The notes beneath the pieces are model-generated. The model searched no databases. It was not told where the DNA came from and saw only the letters and a list, made by a program, of their open reading frames with translations. Source: an uncultured Flavobacteriales bacterium (GTDB taxonomy: Bacteria > Bacteroidota > Bacteroidia > Flavobacteriales_D > CALLUQ01). Taken from it: DNA of 58,966 bases. Positions within the stretch are counted from its first letter, which is position 1. Each line of letters opens with the position of its first letter. Positions 12,529 through 22,374 of this stretch are shown one piece after another. A program made the translations under genes and the position numbers. The stretch covers positions 1 to 58,966 of the forward strand of contig CALLUQ010000093.1 of assembly GCA_938010565.1 (NCBI GenBank), in the 5' to 3' direction.

Positions 12529-12615
12529 GGGAACAAAAATAGAAAATTCCTCTCCACTACCTTGCTTTATGGAAAAAGTCGTATGTTCAAGTCCAAAAGC
12601 CTAGTTTTATAAGTT

Positions 12616-13017
12616 ATGTTAAAAAAGGGGAGCAAAGCTTACAGCATTCTGAAGCACAAATGTCCTTATTGCCACGAAGGCGATTTTTTTATCGGAAAAT
12701 CGCCATACCGCTTTAAAACAGCCGGTCAGGTTCATGATAAATGCAGCAATTGCCGGGGTAAATTTCAACTGGAACCCGGTTTTTATTACGGCGCCATGTA
12801 CGTTGCATACGGCCTTGGAGTGGGCGTTTTTGTGGCTTCCTTTATCGCCATTTATACCCTTTTCCCGGAAACGGAAACCCTGACCTACATTTATTGGCTC
12901 ATCGGCATCATGGTGGTATTCGGCCCTGTTTTTTACAGGCTGTCGCGCATCATTTGGGCCAACATCTTTATGACCTATGGCAAACCGGTATTGGAAAAAA
13001 AAGACCAGCACCCTTGA
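12616..13017 (+). CDS. DUF983-like zinc-ribbon membrane protein
   Basis: CPYCHEG...CSNCRGKF zinc ribbon followed by two TM helices. Confidence 0.7.
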   Translation: MLKKGSKAYSILKHKCPYCHEGDFFIGKSPYRFKTAGQVHDKCSNCRGKFQLEPGFYYGAMYVAYGLGVGVFVASFIAIYTLFPETETLTYIYWLIGIMVVFGPVFYRLSRIIWANIFMTYGKPVLEKKDQHP

Positions 13018-13059
13018 TCTTCCTTTTCGGTAGCTTATTGTTCCTACTCCGGAAAGGAA

Positions 13060-14952
13060 ATGTATTCCTCCCGTAACGTACCGGGCAATTCATCTATCTT
13101 TGCACCTGTGAAACAGTATTTCCAGATCATGAGAATGGCCTTTCGCTACAAAGGCCTTGCAGGGATGAACATCCTTTGCAATATGCTCTATGTCATTTTC
13201 AACATGGCATCTTTGCTAGTTTTCATTCCTTTTTTATCATTGCTTTTCAAGCCTGAAACCCGTGTTGCTCCGCCCGATTGGGACCGCATGAACCTGTTCG
13301 AATACGTCAATGCATGGTACAACCATTCCATGCAAATGTATATCGAAGCCAACCACCCCGAGAGTGCCTTGCTTTTTATTTGCATTTCGGCGGCTGTTCT
13401 TTTTGTATTGAAAAACTTTTTTCGCTACCTGGCAATGGCTTTTCTGGCCTCTATCCGCACCAATGTGGTTCGCGATATCCGGAACGGCTTGTATAAGAAA
13501 GTGACAGGATTGCCCCTTTCTTATTATTCGGACGAAAGAAAGGGCGATCTGATGGCCCGTCTTTCCAACGATGTTCAGGAAATTGAATTTTCTATTATGA
13601 GTACCCTGGAATTACTTTTCAGGGAACCGTTGGCGGTTTTTATTTCGATTTCCATCCTTTTGTACTGGAGTTGGGAACTCACCCTTTTTTCTTTGCTGCT
13701 ATTGCCCATCGGTGCTTTGGTCATCAGTCGCATCGGAAAAAGTTTGAAACGCAGTTCAAATCAAGGACAAACACGCCTCGGAGAGTTGCTTTCCAATATC
13801 GAAGAAACCTTATCGGGATTAAAGATCATCAAAGCCTTTACGGCTGAAAAAATGGTCCGAGAACGATTCTATAACATCAATGAAGCCTATCGGCGGATAA
13901 TGAAAAAACTCTATCGCAAACGCGACCTTGCATCGCCCATGAGCGAAACCCTCGGGGCCATGGTTATGATTGTTCTGGTTTGGTATGGCGGACGAATTGT
14001 ATTGGGCAACATGCACGACCCTATACCGGGCGAAAACCGGTTGAACGGCGAAATATTTTTGGGATTCATCATTGTGTTTTCTCAGCTTTTGCGACCGATT
14101 CAAGGCATTGCAAATGCATATGCCAACATCAGCAAGGGCATTGCTTCGGTAGACAGGATCAATGTCATCATGTTGGCGCAAAATAAAATTACAGAGGTGG
14201 CCAATCCGAAAAAACCAGATGCGTTTAAAGATCGGATCGAATACCGGAACGTGTCGTTCAAATACGACCGGGAGTATGTACTGAAAAAAATACGGTTTGT
14301 TCTTGAAAAAGGAAAAACCATCGCGTTGGTAGGGGAGTCGGGCGGCGGTAAAAGTACAATCGCCGATCTTCTGCCTCGTTTTCACGATTGCTCGGAGGGT
14401 GAAATTTTGATGGACGGGCTGAACATTAGGGAATTGGCGATAAAAGAAATGCGTTCATTGATGGGAATTGTTTCTCAAAATTCCATCCTTTTTAATGAAA
14501 CCGTACACCACAACATTGCTTTTGGCATGCCCGGTGCTTCACGCGAAGCCGTAGTGGAAGCGGCCAAAATTGCCAATGCACACGAATTTATCCGTCAACT
14601 GGAGGAAGGTTATGATACCAATATTGGCGATGGAGGAGGCAAACTTTCCGGTGGTCAGCAACAACGTTTATGCATTGCACGGGCAGTGCTCCAAAACCCC
14701 CCCATTCTGATCCTCGATGAAGCCACTTCGGCCCTGGATACCGAGTCTGAGAAATGGGTGCAGGAGGCATTGGACAAACTCATGGAAAATCGCACTACTT
14801 TGGTGATTGCGCATCGTTTGTCGACCATCCGGAATGCAGACGAAATTCTGGTGATACGCAAAGGAGAAATTGTAGAACGGGGCAAGCACCGGGAACTGAT
14901 CGATAAAGCCGGGATCTACAAGAAATTATACCACCTGCAATCGTTTGGCTGA
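13060..14952 (+). CDS. ABC transporter permease/ATP-binding protein (MsbA/lipid-export-like)
   Basis: Six-TM domain plus Walker A (GESGGGKST), signature (LSGGQQQR) and Walker B (ILILDEATSALD). The start is uncertain: ATG 13060, GTG 13108 or ATG 13129. Confidence 0.9.
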   Translation: MYSSRNVPGNSSIFAPVKQYFQIMRMAFRYKGLAGMNILCNMLYVIFNMASLLVFIPFLSLLFKPETRVAPPDWDRMNLFEYVNAWYNHSMQMYIEANHPESALLFICISAAVLFVLKNFFRYLAMAFLASIRTNVVRDIRNGLYKKVTGLPLSYYSDERKGDLMARLSNDVQEIEFSIMSTLELLFREPLAVFISISILLYWSWELTLFSLLLLPIGALVISRIGKSLKRSSNQGQTRLGELLSNIEETLSGLKIIKAFTAEKMVRERFYNINEAYRRIMKKLYRKRDLASPMSETLGAMVMIVLVWYGGRIVLGNMHDPIPGENRLNGEIFLGFIIVFSQLLRPIQGIANAYANISKGIASVDRINVIMLAQNKITEVANPKKPDAFKDRIEYRNVSFKYDREYVLKKIRFVLEKGKTIALVGESGGGKSTIADLLPRFHDCSEGEILMDGLNIRELAIKEMRSLMGIVSQNSILFNETVHHNIAFGMPGASREAVVEAAKIANAHEFIRQLEEGYDTNIGDGGGKLSGGQQQRLCIARAVLQNPPILILDEATSALDTESEKWVQEALDKLMENRTTLVIAHRLSTIRNADEILVIRKGEIVERGKHRELIDKAGIYKKLYHLQSFG

Positions 14953-14984
14953 TTCGAACGCGGTTCCTCTCCGGGGGGCCATAT

Positions 14985-15180
14985 AATCCATCCATATCTC
15001 CGGCATAAAATACAATTTTAGCGGTTGTTAATGTGCAAAGCTCGCCTTCCGGACTATGGGTTAATCCATGCAACAACCGGCCGTCGCCATCACCTGCGGC
15101 AAAAGTAAGGGTAACGAGGTCTTAGCTCTTCTAATAAACGTAACAGCTTCCAGATCAAAAGAAAACGGTTATTGAACTGC
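14985..15180 (-). pseudogene. decayed 5' fragment of an Hcp (TssD) gene, paralogous to 15756..16550
   Basis: 15001-15088 matches 16313-16400 with about 4 mismatches counted by eye, and reads ..RLLHGLTHSPEGELCTLTTAKIVFYAG... The flanks still align but carry indels, frameshifts and stop codons. It ends about 30 bp from the ABC transporter stop. Confidence 0.65.
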
Positions 15181-15259
15181 TCTGTCTGCTTTTTTGCTCA
15201 AAGCGAACCTGATACAGCAATTGACTTAATGTAAAAACGGTCTCTCGGGCTTTTGCTGC

Positions 15260-15742
15260 TCAATTAAAGGACATTATATAACAATTTTTAGCCGTAGGTA
15301 ATTCTGCACATTTCCTAAGTAGCTCGTTTCGCTTTTCCCTATACTTATCTTCATCAAAGAGATACAAAAAGAAGTACGGAACTAAACTTTCTTTATCTCC
15401 ATATTCCTTTATTATCTGCTCGCATTCTTCCTGTGTAAACTCATCAAAGTAGTGTCTATGAGGAAAGTATCTTTTCCAAAAATGCAACTCTACGCTTCTT
15501 GGGTGTTTTTGCAATCCCAATTCAATAATTTTTGGATATTTTTCTCCTCCTATTTTACTCCATTCGTCAGGAATATTGTAGGCATCATTAAACGTAAATT
15601 CGGATGCAAATTCCCAATATAAAAACGCAAGATTTACATAGGCTTCAATGGATGGAGTACTATTGTTGCTCAACTCCGATTCGTAGTATTTAACCGCTTC
15701 CAGATATCTTTTGTTGAGTTCTTCGCTAAGTGCAAGTTTCAT
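15260..15742 (-). CDS. hypothetical protein; candidate immunity protein for the upstream Hcp-toxin
   Basis: 160-aa cytoplasmic, acidic, helix-rich ORF starting 13 nt downstream of the toxin-fusion stop on the same strand. The functional call rests on position only. Confidence 0.55.
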   Translation of the reverse strand: MKLALSEELNKRYLEAVKYYESELSNNSTPSIEAYVNLAFLYWEFASEFTFNDAYNIPDEWSKIGGEKYPKIIELGLQKHPRSVELHFWKRYFPHRHYFDEFTQEECEQIIKEYGDKESLVPYFFLYLFDEDKYREKRNELLRKCAELPTAKNCYIMSFN

Positions 15743-15755
15743 TTCTGATATATTT

Positions 15756-16550
15756 TTATTTGGGAATTAAGTTTATGCCAGCGTCAAATATTCTTCCGTT
15801 TCTTGTATGCACCCAAACTTGCTGCCCATTTCTAAATATCTGTGTAAATGCCTGAACGCCGTTCTTCGCAGCTTGTGGGTTTAAAATGCTTGGGTTTAAG
15901 TTTTTAGAATTACCGGCGACCTTTTCAAATATGCCTAAATACCTGTCTTGTGAGGCAACAGTCTCAGGATTTACGTGACCTGACGCATTTCTAAATATAT
16001 GCCCTAACACATCATTAGCCCTCGGCGCGGTATTAACTACCTCCACTTTATCCCCATCATCTTTCTTCTTCCCACGATCACCCGAAGCCGTCTCCTGCCT
16101 CTCTTTTTCATGCACAACATTTTTATCGGGAGGTACTCTGCTCTCTCGCCAGGGTTTTACCCAAGTTATTCCTTTAATCTCCTGTATGGCAGCAGAAATG
16201 GTCAGGGTTACCGTCATGGGGGCCTCTCCTGCGGCATTAAATTCTTCTTTCCAATGAACGAAAGCCGCATCCTTCAACCGGTATTCAAAAAGTACTATTC
16301 CATCCAACCCTCCGGCGTAAAATACAATTTTAGCGGTTGTTAATGTGCAAAGCTCGCCTTCCGGACTATGGGTTAATCCATACAACAACCGGTCATCGCC
16401 GGCACTGGAGATAAAAGTAAGGGTAATAAGCCCACCCATCGGGATAGGGCCGGGCCGACCGGTTTTAGCGTTTCGTGTTTTGTAACATTCCAGATCAGTT
16501 GACAACAACTCCCGTTCGGTTCCCAAAACGAATAATCGGGCTTTGATCAT
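15756..16550 (-). CDS. Hcp (TssD, Bacteroidota T6SS-iii type) fused to a C-terminal toxin-like domain
   Basis: The N-terminal ~140 aa follow the TssD layout (ECYKTRNAKTGRPGPIPMGGLITLTF, KIVFYAG, APMTVTLTISAAIQEIKG). A charged linker follows, then a ~95-aa C-terminal domain with HIFRNASGH. The start is taken at the ATG at 16550 (MIKARLFVLG); an alternative ATG is at 16577. Confidence 0.7.
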   Translation of the reverse strand: MIKARLFVLGTERELLSTDLECYKTRNAKTGRPGPIPMGGLITLTFISSAGDDRLLYGLTHSPEGELCTLTTAKIVFYAGGLDGIVLFEYRLKDAAFVHWKEEFNAAGEAPMTVTLTISAAIQEIKGITWVKPWRESRVPPDKNVVHEKERQETASGDRGKKKDDGDKVEVVNTAPRANDVLGHIFRNASGHVNPETVASQDRYLGIFEKVAGNSKNLNPSILNPQAAKNGVQAFTQIFRNGQQVWVHTRNGRIFDAGINLIPK

Positions 16551-16729
16551 GGGGGGATATAATGGAGAATGAACCATTAAAAAAATATCGCTTTAGCTTT
16601 CAAATCCAACTAAGAAACCAGCCAGTTCAAAGCAGTGCTCACCCCTATTGGTAGCATTCTATTTCCAATCTACATTTAATATTTCACTTATCCTTGTTTT
16701 GAGTTCTTTCGCATTGTCAAAATGTTCAT

Positions 16730-17106
16730 CAGGAATGGCTTTCGAAAGGAAAAAAGTTTAATCCGGTAGAAATAGATCACAATGTATGGATCGCTACCGA
16801 TCCATTTCATTATCCATCATCAGGTACTTGAAAATGAAGCGAATGTTGAGGTTACACAAGATGTTGCCACTACATTAGTGGAAAAATACCCGGGTTTGAT
16901 CGCATTTTTAAGTTTTGACAAAGGGTTTTACAGCAAAGAAAACAAGACGTTTAAGGGATTTCTATACGGCCAAATTTCCAATTACATTAGGAGCCCGATT
17001 GCGCAAGAGGATTGAAAGCATGAGCCCATTTATCAAAGGTAACGGTTTGTACTTTGCACAGAGAGCGCACCACCAACGATATCAGTTTTACCCGTGTCAG
17101 GTTTAA
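16730..17106 (+). pseudogene. DDE transposase remnant (IS4/IS5 superfamily, IS1182-like), frameshifted
   Basis: Fragments in two frames read ..HHQVLENEANVEVTQDVATTLVEKYPGLIAFLSFDKGFYSKEN.. and ..RKRIESMSPFIKGNGL... They resemble the D(D/S)GY.S.EN and R..VE..FG.IK motifs of IS1182-type transposases. No intact ORF and no terminal repeats were identified. Confidence 0.5.
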
Positions 17107-17235
17107 TTTTCCTTTCCCTGAAAAAGGGGAGGGAGGCATGTGTACCCAATAAGAATGCCCCCCATCAATCCTTGGGAGGCATTCCGACAGTTATTGAAAA
17201 AAAGAAAACGTTAACCCGTTTTCAAATCGTGGATC

Positions 17236-18627
17236 TTAATTGTCCCACCAAACCGGAGTGGTAATCGTTTGTCCGGTGGGTGCGTTGGCATTGTTTACAC
17301 GCTCATCCAAAGGCAATGCAAAACGTACCGGAATGGTATTGATGCTTGCGTTCGGATTGGGGGTCAATTCCGGGAAACCGGTACGACGCCAATCGGTGTA
17401 CGACTCCACCTGCGTGAACAGGGCCACATACTTCTCCGTCATGATCTTCTCCAGGGTGATGGTTGACCCGCTCTCGGAAGCATGTGTAGCTTCGTAAGTA
17501 GAGTCAGAACTCCCGGTTACCTGAAGAACAGAGGCGATAACCGCCTCGTTGTGCGCCGTAGCTGCACCGGTAGGGTCGCCACTGCGCAGTTTGGCCTCGG
17601 CCTCGATGAACTTCGCTTCCACATACGTCATCAAAGGAGCTACGGAAGTAGCAGATGCGACATAAGAGCCCACGGTAGAGGTCCAGGTATCTCTGGAACC
17701 CAAAGCCGTACCGGTGTAGGTAGTGCCTGATGAATCCGGATTGGCGAAGAACGGAAGGCGGGGATCGCCGGACGCATTCATCATGTCGATAAAAGTAGCC
17801 CCCATTTGTATGTAATTTGCACGATCGTTCTGAAACGCATACCATTGGTTCAGTTCGTTACCCAACGGACCAAAAACCGCATTTGCATCGTCGCTGCTGC
17901 CGGTCATACCGGCGTTGGTGAGTGCAGCAAGCGCATTGGTTGCGGAACCCGAAGCATCGCGTTGGCTGAGGTGGTTGTAGTAACGGGCTTTCAGCATATA
18001 AGCAGTGGTTCTCCATTTGGCTACATCCCCACCGTGGATCAGGTCATCGGCACCTGGGATCTTGCTGTTGTTGGCCGCTGCCACATTCAGGTTGTTGATC
18101 GCTTCATCCAGCAGGGTCTGAATGGCAGCATAAACATCCGATTGTGTATCGAAGCGGGGGGAGAAATTCGGATTATCGGACAAACCGGTAAAGGCTTCGG
18201 AGTTGGGAATATCGCCCCAAAGGTCGGTGGCCAACCCGAGGTTGAGTGCCTTTAATATACGGGCAATGCCGGCATAATGCGGGTTTTCCGCACCAAACTG
18301 TTCGATGATCTGATGTACATTCATAAGGGCATCCGAGTAAATGGAGTTCCACTCGTTGTTGTTGGTGCCTTCAAGAATGACGTAGTTGGCCAGATCTGCG
18401 TACTGGAAATCGGTACCGTTGGTATGCTGTGTAAGAATGGCACTCTGGCGGGCCAACTGGCCGGAATACGCGGTAAATGTAGCTACCTCAGTGGTGGTCA
18501 GTAACAGATCCGGGGTCACTGCTGTAGGGTCGTTTGGCGATTCCTGAACTTCCTCCAGAAACTTTTTACACGAAGTAACGGCAAGACCCGCCACAAGCAA
18601 AACAGCTAAAAATTTTATCTTTTTCAT
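17236..18627 (-). CDS. SusD/RagB family nutrient-binding outer-membrane lipoprotein
   Basis: 463 aa with a lipobox (LAVTSC), a TPR-like helical SusD fold signature, and a position directly downstream of a SusC-like gene. Confidence 0.9.
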   Translation of the reverse strand: MKKIKFLAVLLVAGLAVTSCKKFLEEVQESPNDPTAVTPDLLLTTTEVATFTAYSGQLARQSAILTQHTNGTDFQYADLANYVILEGTNNNEWNSIYSDALMNVHQIIEQFGAENPHYAGIARILKALNLGLATDLWGDIPNSEAFTGLSDNPNFSPRFDTQSDVYAAIQTLLDEAINNLNVAAANNSKIPGADDLIHGGDVAKWRTTAYMLKARYYNHLSQRDASGSATNALAALTNAGMTGSSDDANAVFGPLGNELNQWYAFQNDRANYIQMGATFIDMMNASGDPRLPFFANPDSSGTTYTGTALGSRDTWTSTVGSYVASATSVAPLMTYVEAKFIEAEAKLRSGDPTGAATAHNEAVIASVLQVTGSSDSTYEATHASESGSTITLEKIMTEKYVALFTQVESYTDWRRTGFPELTPNPNASINTIPVRFALPLDERVNNANAPTGQTITTPVWWDN

Positions 18628-18646
18628 TTTGTTTCGTTTTAAGAAA

Positions 18647-21600
18647 TTAGAATCCGGCTTTCAGGCCAAAAATGAATGAACGCGTACCGGGCATGTTGAA
18701 ATAATCGAACCCGGTTACGTTAGAGCCTGCACCGGTTAAGCTGGTTTCAGGATCAACGCCCGTGTAATCGGTTGCTAACCAGAGATTTCTTCCGGTGAAA
18801 GTGAAGTCAAGGTATTTCACAAACTGATCTTTTATATCCCAACGGTAATTCAGGCTCAGTTCGCGAAGGCGTACCCACGAACCATCCTGAACGGATTGTT
18901 CCAATGCAGCACCGGCATCTCCCAGGTAAGCAGTGAAGTAATCGTAAGCGTCCACTTCGATGTCATTCGTACTGGTGGTCGCATTAACCGTGTTATCTGA
19001 TCCATATATAAGTGCTCCGCTGGCATCTACTTCCGCCAATACGCCTTCGATCACATACGTTTGTTCGCGTGCGGCAGAAGCTTCGGTACGGCCCAGGCGG
19101 TTCAAACGGGCGTGGGTACCGTTCCAAATGTCGCCACCCTTGCGGATATCGAAGAGGAAACTAAGGTTTACGCTTTTATAAGTAAAGGTGTTGCGGATGC
19201 CCGCCAGCCAGTCCGGAAACGGATTTCCGATGTTCCCTTCTTCCAAAGCAACAATGGGCAAACCGGTGGAAGGGCTGATGATCAGTTGGCCGGCATTGTT
19301 ACGCTCCCATTGAGTGCCGTAAAGTGCGCCGTAAGGCTGGCCAACAATGGCGTAAGAATGGATGGAACTGAATGCCGTTTCAATATCAATTTCAGATACT
19401 AATTCATCGTCGTCCAGCTTCAAAACTTCGTTTTTATTCATGGTATAGTTGGCAGAGATGTTCCATTTGAAATCTTTTTTCACGATCGGACTACCGGAAA
19501 GAAGGACTTCGATCCCCTTGTTTACCATCTCACCGGCATTGGTGTAAATTTCCTCAAATCCCGAAGAAGCGGGAAGCGGACGGAAAAGAAGGATATCGGT
19601 GGTTTTCTGATTGTAATAGGTAAAGTCAAGGCTTGCGCGCCCGTTCAAAAAACGAAGGTCTGTTCCTATTTCAATGCCTGTCATTAATTCGGGAGTAAGG
19701 TTTGGGTCTCCCAGGGTTGGAGAAGTGCCAAACCCGTTTTGCCCGAGGTATGGGAAGCTTATGCCGTTGGTAAACCCATCGGTAAGGGTTGGAGAGGTAT
19801 AGTACGTACTGAAAAGGTAAGGCTCCGGATTGATGCCTACCTGCGCATAGGATGCGCGGATCTTCCCGAACGAAAGAATGTTGTCGTTTTCGATCAGTTC
19901 TGTAAAAACGAAGGAAGTACTAACAGAAGGATAGAAAAAATTGTTTTTGCCCGGACCAAACGTAGAAGCCCATTCGTTGCGACCGGTAACATTCAAAAAA
20001 ACAGTGCTTTTCCAATCGATGCCTGCATCAAAGAACAAGGCAGTGGTACGGGTATTTTCGGTAGCTTCATCCGCATAACGTTCGGCAGCGGCAGAGATGT
20101 TGTAAAAATCAACAATGGATAAAGCGCGACCACGGCTGTATTGATCCTGGTAATTGCGCTGATAAATATTGTTGCCCAACATAAGACGACCGGTCAGGTT
20201 TTCGTTGAGAGGATGGTGCATGTTTACAATAAGGTCGGAGTAGATCTCGCTGTTGCGCTGAATGTTCTCTTCGATCTGGCCGGTGGTTTCCGGCGGATCC
20301 CAGGACCAGATGGAGAAGATCTGCTTGCGGCGATCGGTGTAGAAATCCGTACCAACACGGTAAGAAGCACTGATCCGATCGGTGATGTCGTATTTCAGGA
20401 GAGCGTTGCCTAAAAACCGGTTGATCTCGTCGTTAAACGGGTTCTTGTTTATGGTCCAGTAAGGATTGTCATAAAGGATGAAATACTGGTGTTGGTTGCC
20501 GCTTTCAAGCAACCATCCGTCTTCCGAGCCTCCGGTGAGGTCGAAGCTGGCCGGAGTACGGGTAAGCCCTAGCATTACCCCCGACAGGTTGGATCCGTTC
20601 TGTGCTTTGGTGCCGCCTGATTTCATATAACTCATACTGGTGCTGAGCATTAACTTTTCTGCCAGTTTGCTGTCGGTGTTCATGCGAATGGAAGTTCTTT
20701 TGAATTCCGTATTCGGTACAACACCGCCCTGACGGAGATCGCCAATGGAAAGGCGAAAATTGCTGCTCTCGTTTCCACCCGTTACGGAAAGGTTGTTGCT
20801 CCAGGAAACGGCATTTTGGAAGAAGTTCTCCATGTTGTCATAAGCCGTAAGGCCTTCGCTTGCAAGGGTGGGCCCCCAACTGGACGAGGTGCCGTAAGAA
20901 ACATCGTCTCCTCCGCCAAAGGGATCGGTAGGGCCATTACCCCAAATGTTATCAGGCCCTTGATCGGCCACATCGTAAACCGCTGTACCGCCGGCTATTC
21001 CGCCACCGTCGCCTTGGGCGTAAGTGGATTGCAATTCCGGAAGTTTGTTGACCTGAGAAATATCCAAGGAAGTACTGTAGGTAACCTGAACCCCTTTTCC
21101 CGGAGTACTTTTTCCGCGTTTGGTAGTATAAATGATTACCCCATTACCGGCACGTACGCCATAAAGAGCAGCAGCAGCGGGTCCTTTCAGAACGGTAACC
21201 GATGCAATATCGTCCGGGTTGATATCTACCGCACGGTTCGAGTTGTTTACCCCGGAGAGCCCGGCGTTAAAAGCATAATCGCCGGCTACGGTGCTGTTGG
21301 TGGAGTTATCGATGGGTACACCATCAACCACAATAAGCGGTTGGTTGTTTCCTGTAAAGGTAGCATTGCCACGAATGAGGATTTTTGAAGAGGAACCGGG
21401 CGTTCCACCGGATCCGATCACCTGTACACCGGCTGCTTTGGATGAAAGGGACTGGATGACGTTGGCTTCGCCCGAACCGGCGGCTTCGTCGCCTTTGATC
21501 TCGGAAACCGCATACCCGAGGGCTTTCTTTTCCTTGGAAATACCGAGTGCCGTTACCACGAACTCATCCAACTGAATGCCGACTTTCATAGCTACATCAA

Positions 21601-21868
21601 GGGAAGTTTGATTGCCCACCGTAATTTCCTGAGTAGCCATGCCCACACTTGAGAAAACCAAAATGGCTTCTTGGCCCGCAACGGAGATCTCATATTTGCC
21701 ATTGAGGTCGGTGGTGGTTCCTTTTTGGGGTTTGTCTTTTTGATAAACGTTCACTCCGGGAATGGTTTCTCCATCCGGGCTTTTTACAGTTCCGGACACC
21801 TTAATGCCCTGTGCGAACATTGTTCCGGAAATGCATAGGAACAATGCCAATAAATAAAGGTTCTTCAT
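18647..21868 (-). CDS. SusC/RagA family TonB-linked outer-membrane protein
   Basis: 1073 aa: signal peptide, CarboxypepD_reg-like domain (GIKVSGTVKSPDGETIPGVNVY), plug (ITVLKGPAAAALYG) and a beta-barrel ending in F. Confidence 0.93.
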   Translation of the reverse strand: MKNLYLLALFLCISGTMFAQGIKVSGTVKSPDGETIPGVNVYQKDKPQKGTTTDLNGKYEISVAGQEAILVFSSVGMATQEITVGNQTSLDVAMKVGIQLDEFVVTALGISKEKKALGYAVSEIKGDEAAGSGEANVIQSLSSKAAGVQVIGSGGTPGSSSKILIRGNATFTGNNQPLIVVDGVPIDNSTNSTVAGDYAFNAGLSGVNNSNRAVDINPDDIASVTVLKGPAAAALYGVRAGNGVIIYTTKRGKSTPGKGVQVTYSTSLDISQVNKLPELQSTYAQGDGGGIAGGTAVYDVADQGPDNIWGNGPTDPFGGGDDVSYGTSSSWGPTLASEGLTAYDNMENFFQNAVSWSNNLSVTGGNESSNFRLSIGDLRQGGVVPNTEFKRTSIRMNTDSKLAEKLMLSTSMSYMKSGGTKAQNGSNLSGVMLGLTRTPASFDLTGGSEDGWLLESGNQHQYFILYDNPYWTINKNPFNDEINRFLGNALLKYDITDRISASYRVGTDFYTDRRKQIFSIWSWDPPETTGQIEENIQRNSEIYSDLIVNMHHPLNENLTGRLMLGNNIYQRNYQDQYSRGRALSIVDFYNISAAAERYADEATENTRTTALFFDAGIDWKSTVFLNVTGRNEWASTFGPGKNNFFYPSVSTSFVFTELIENDNILSFGKIRASYAQVGINPEPYLFSTYYTSPTLTDGFTNGISFPYLGQNGFGTSPTLGDPNLTPELMTGIEIGTDLRFLNGRASLDFTYYNQKTTDILLFRPLPASSGFEEIYTNAGEMVNKGIEVLLSGSPIVKKDFKWNISANYTMNKNEVLKLDDDELVSEIDIETAFSSIHSYAIVGQPYGALYGTQWERNNAGQLIISPSTGLPIVALEEGNIGNPFPDWLAGIRNTFTYKSVNLSFLFDIRKGGDIWNGTHARLNRLGRTEASAAREQTYVIEGVLAEVDASGALIYGSDNTVNATTSTNDIEVDAYDYFTAYLGDAGAALEQSVQDGSWVRLRELSLNYRWDIKDQFVKYLDFTFTGRNLWLATDYTGVDPETSLTGAGSNVTGFDYFNMPGTRSFIFGLKAGF

Positions 21869-22069
21869 AGGATAAATACTTAACGATTTGTAATTTTAAC
21901 CTTCTCAATATGAGTAGGTATTGTGAGACTTAATGTTAAATTATAATTAATGCATATTAAGTAATAATAAAATAATATAATGCCGGGCGCACCCTGTAAA
22001 TCGATTGCATTGCAACGGATAACTCAAAAGCAAAAGGACGGATGTTATGGCGGAAATGCCGTGCGCAGC

Positions 22070-22374
22070 GGGTAAAGTTTGAGCCAATGCAATGTTCCGC
22101 AGGGTTACATCAGGAGGTGTATGGGTGGTCAACCGTAATTTTCCGGGTAACCATATCCACGGATTGAGAAAGCCAAAAGCTTCTTTACCAAGGGTGAAGA
22201 CCTCATATTTACCACCCCACCCGACGATGGTTCCTTGTTGCCTTTTGATGGATGTTACCTCATGGGATCTTTTTCTCGTCTGTGTTTTTTACGGTTTCGG
22301 GCTCCGGAATGTGCTGCGCCGGCCATGTTCCTGAAATGCATGGAAATGTGGTCAATAAAATAAAAGTTTTTCAT
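22070..22374 (-). pseudogene. decayed susC 5' fragment (repeat unit 2)
   Basis: Reads MKNFYFIDHISMHFRNMAGAAHSGARNRKKHRREKDPMR* and is frameshifted relative to the functional MKNLYLLALFLCISGTMFAQGIKVSGTV... Confidence 0.65.
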
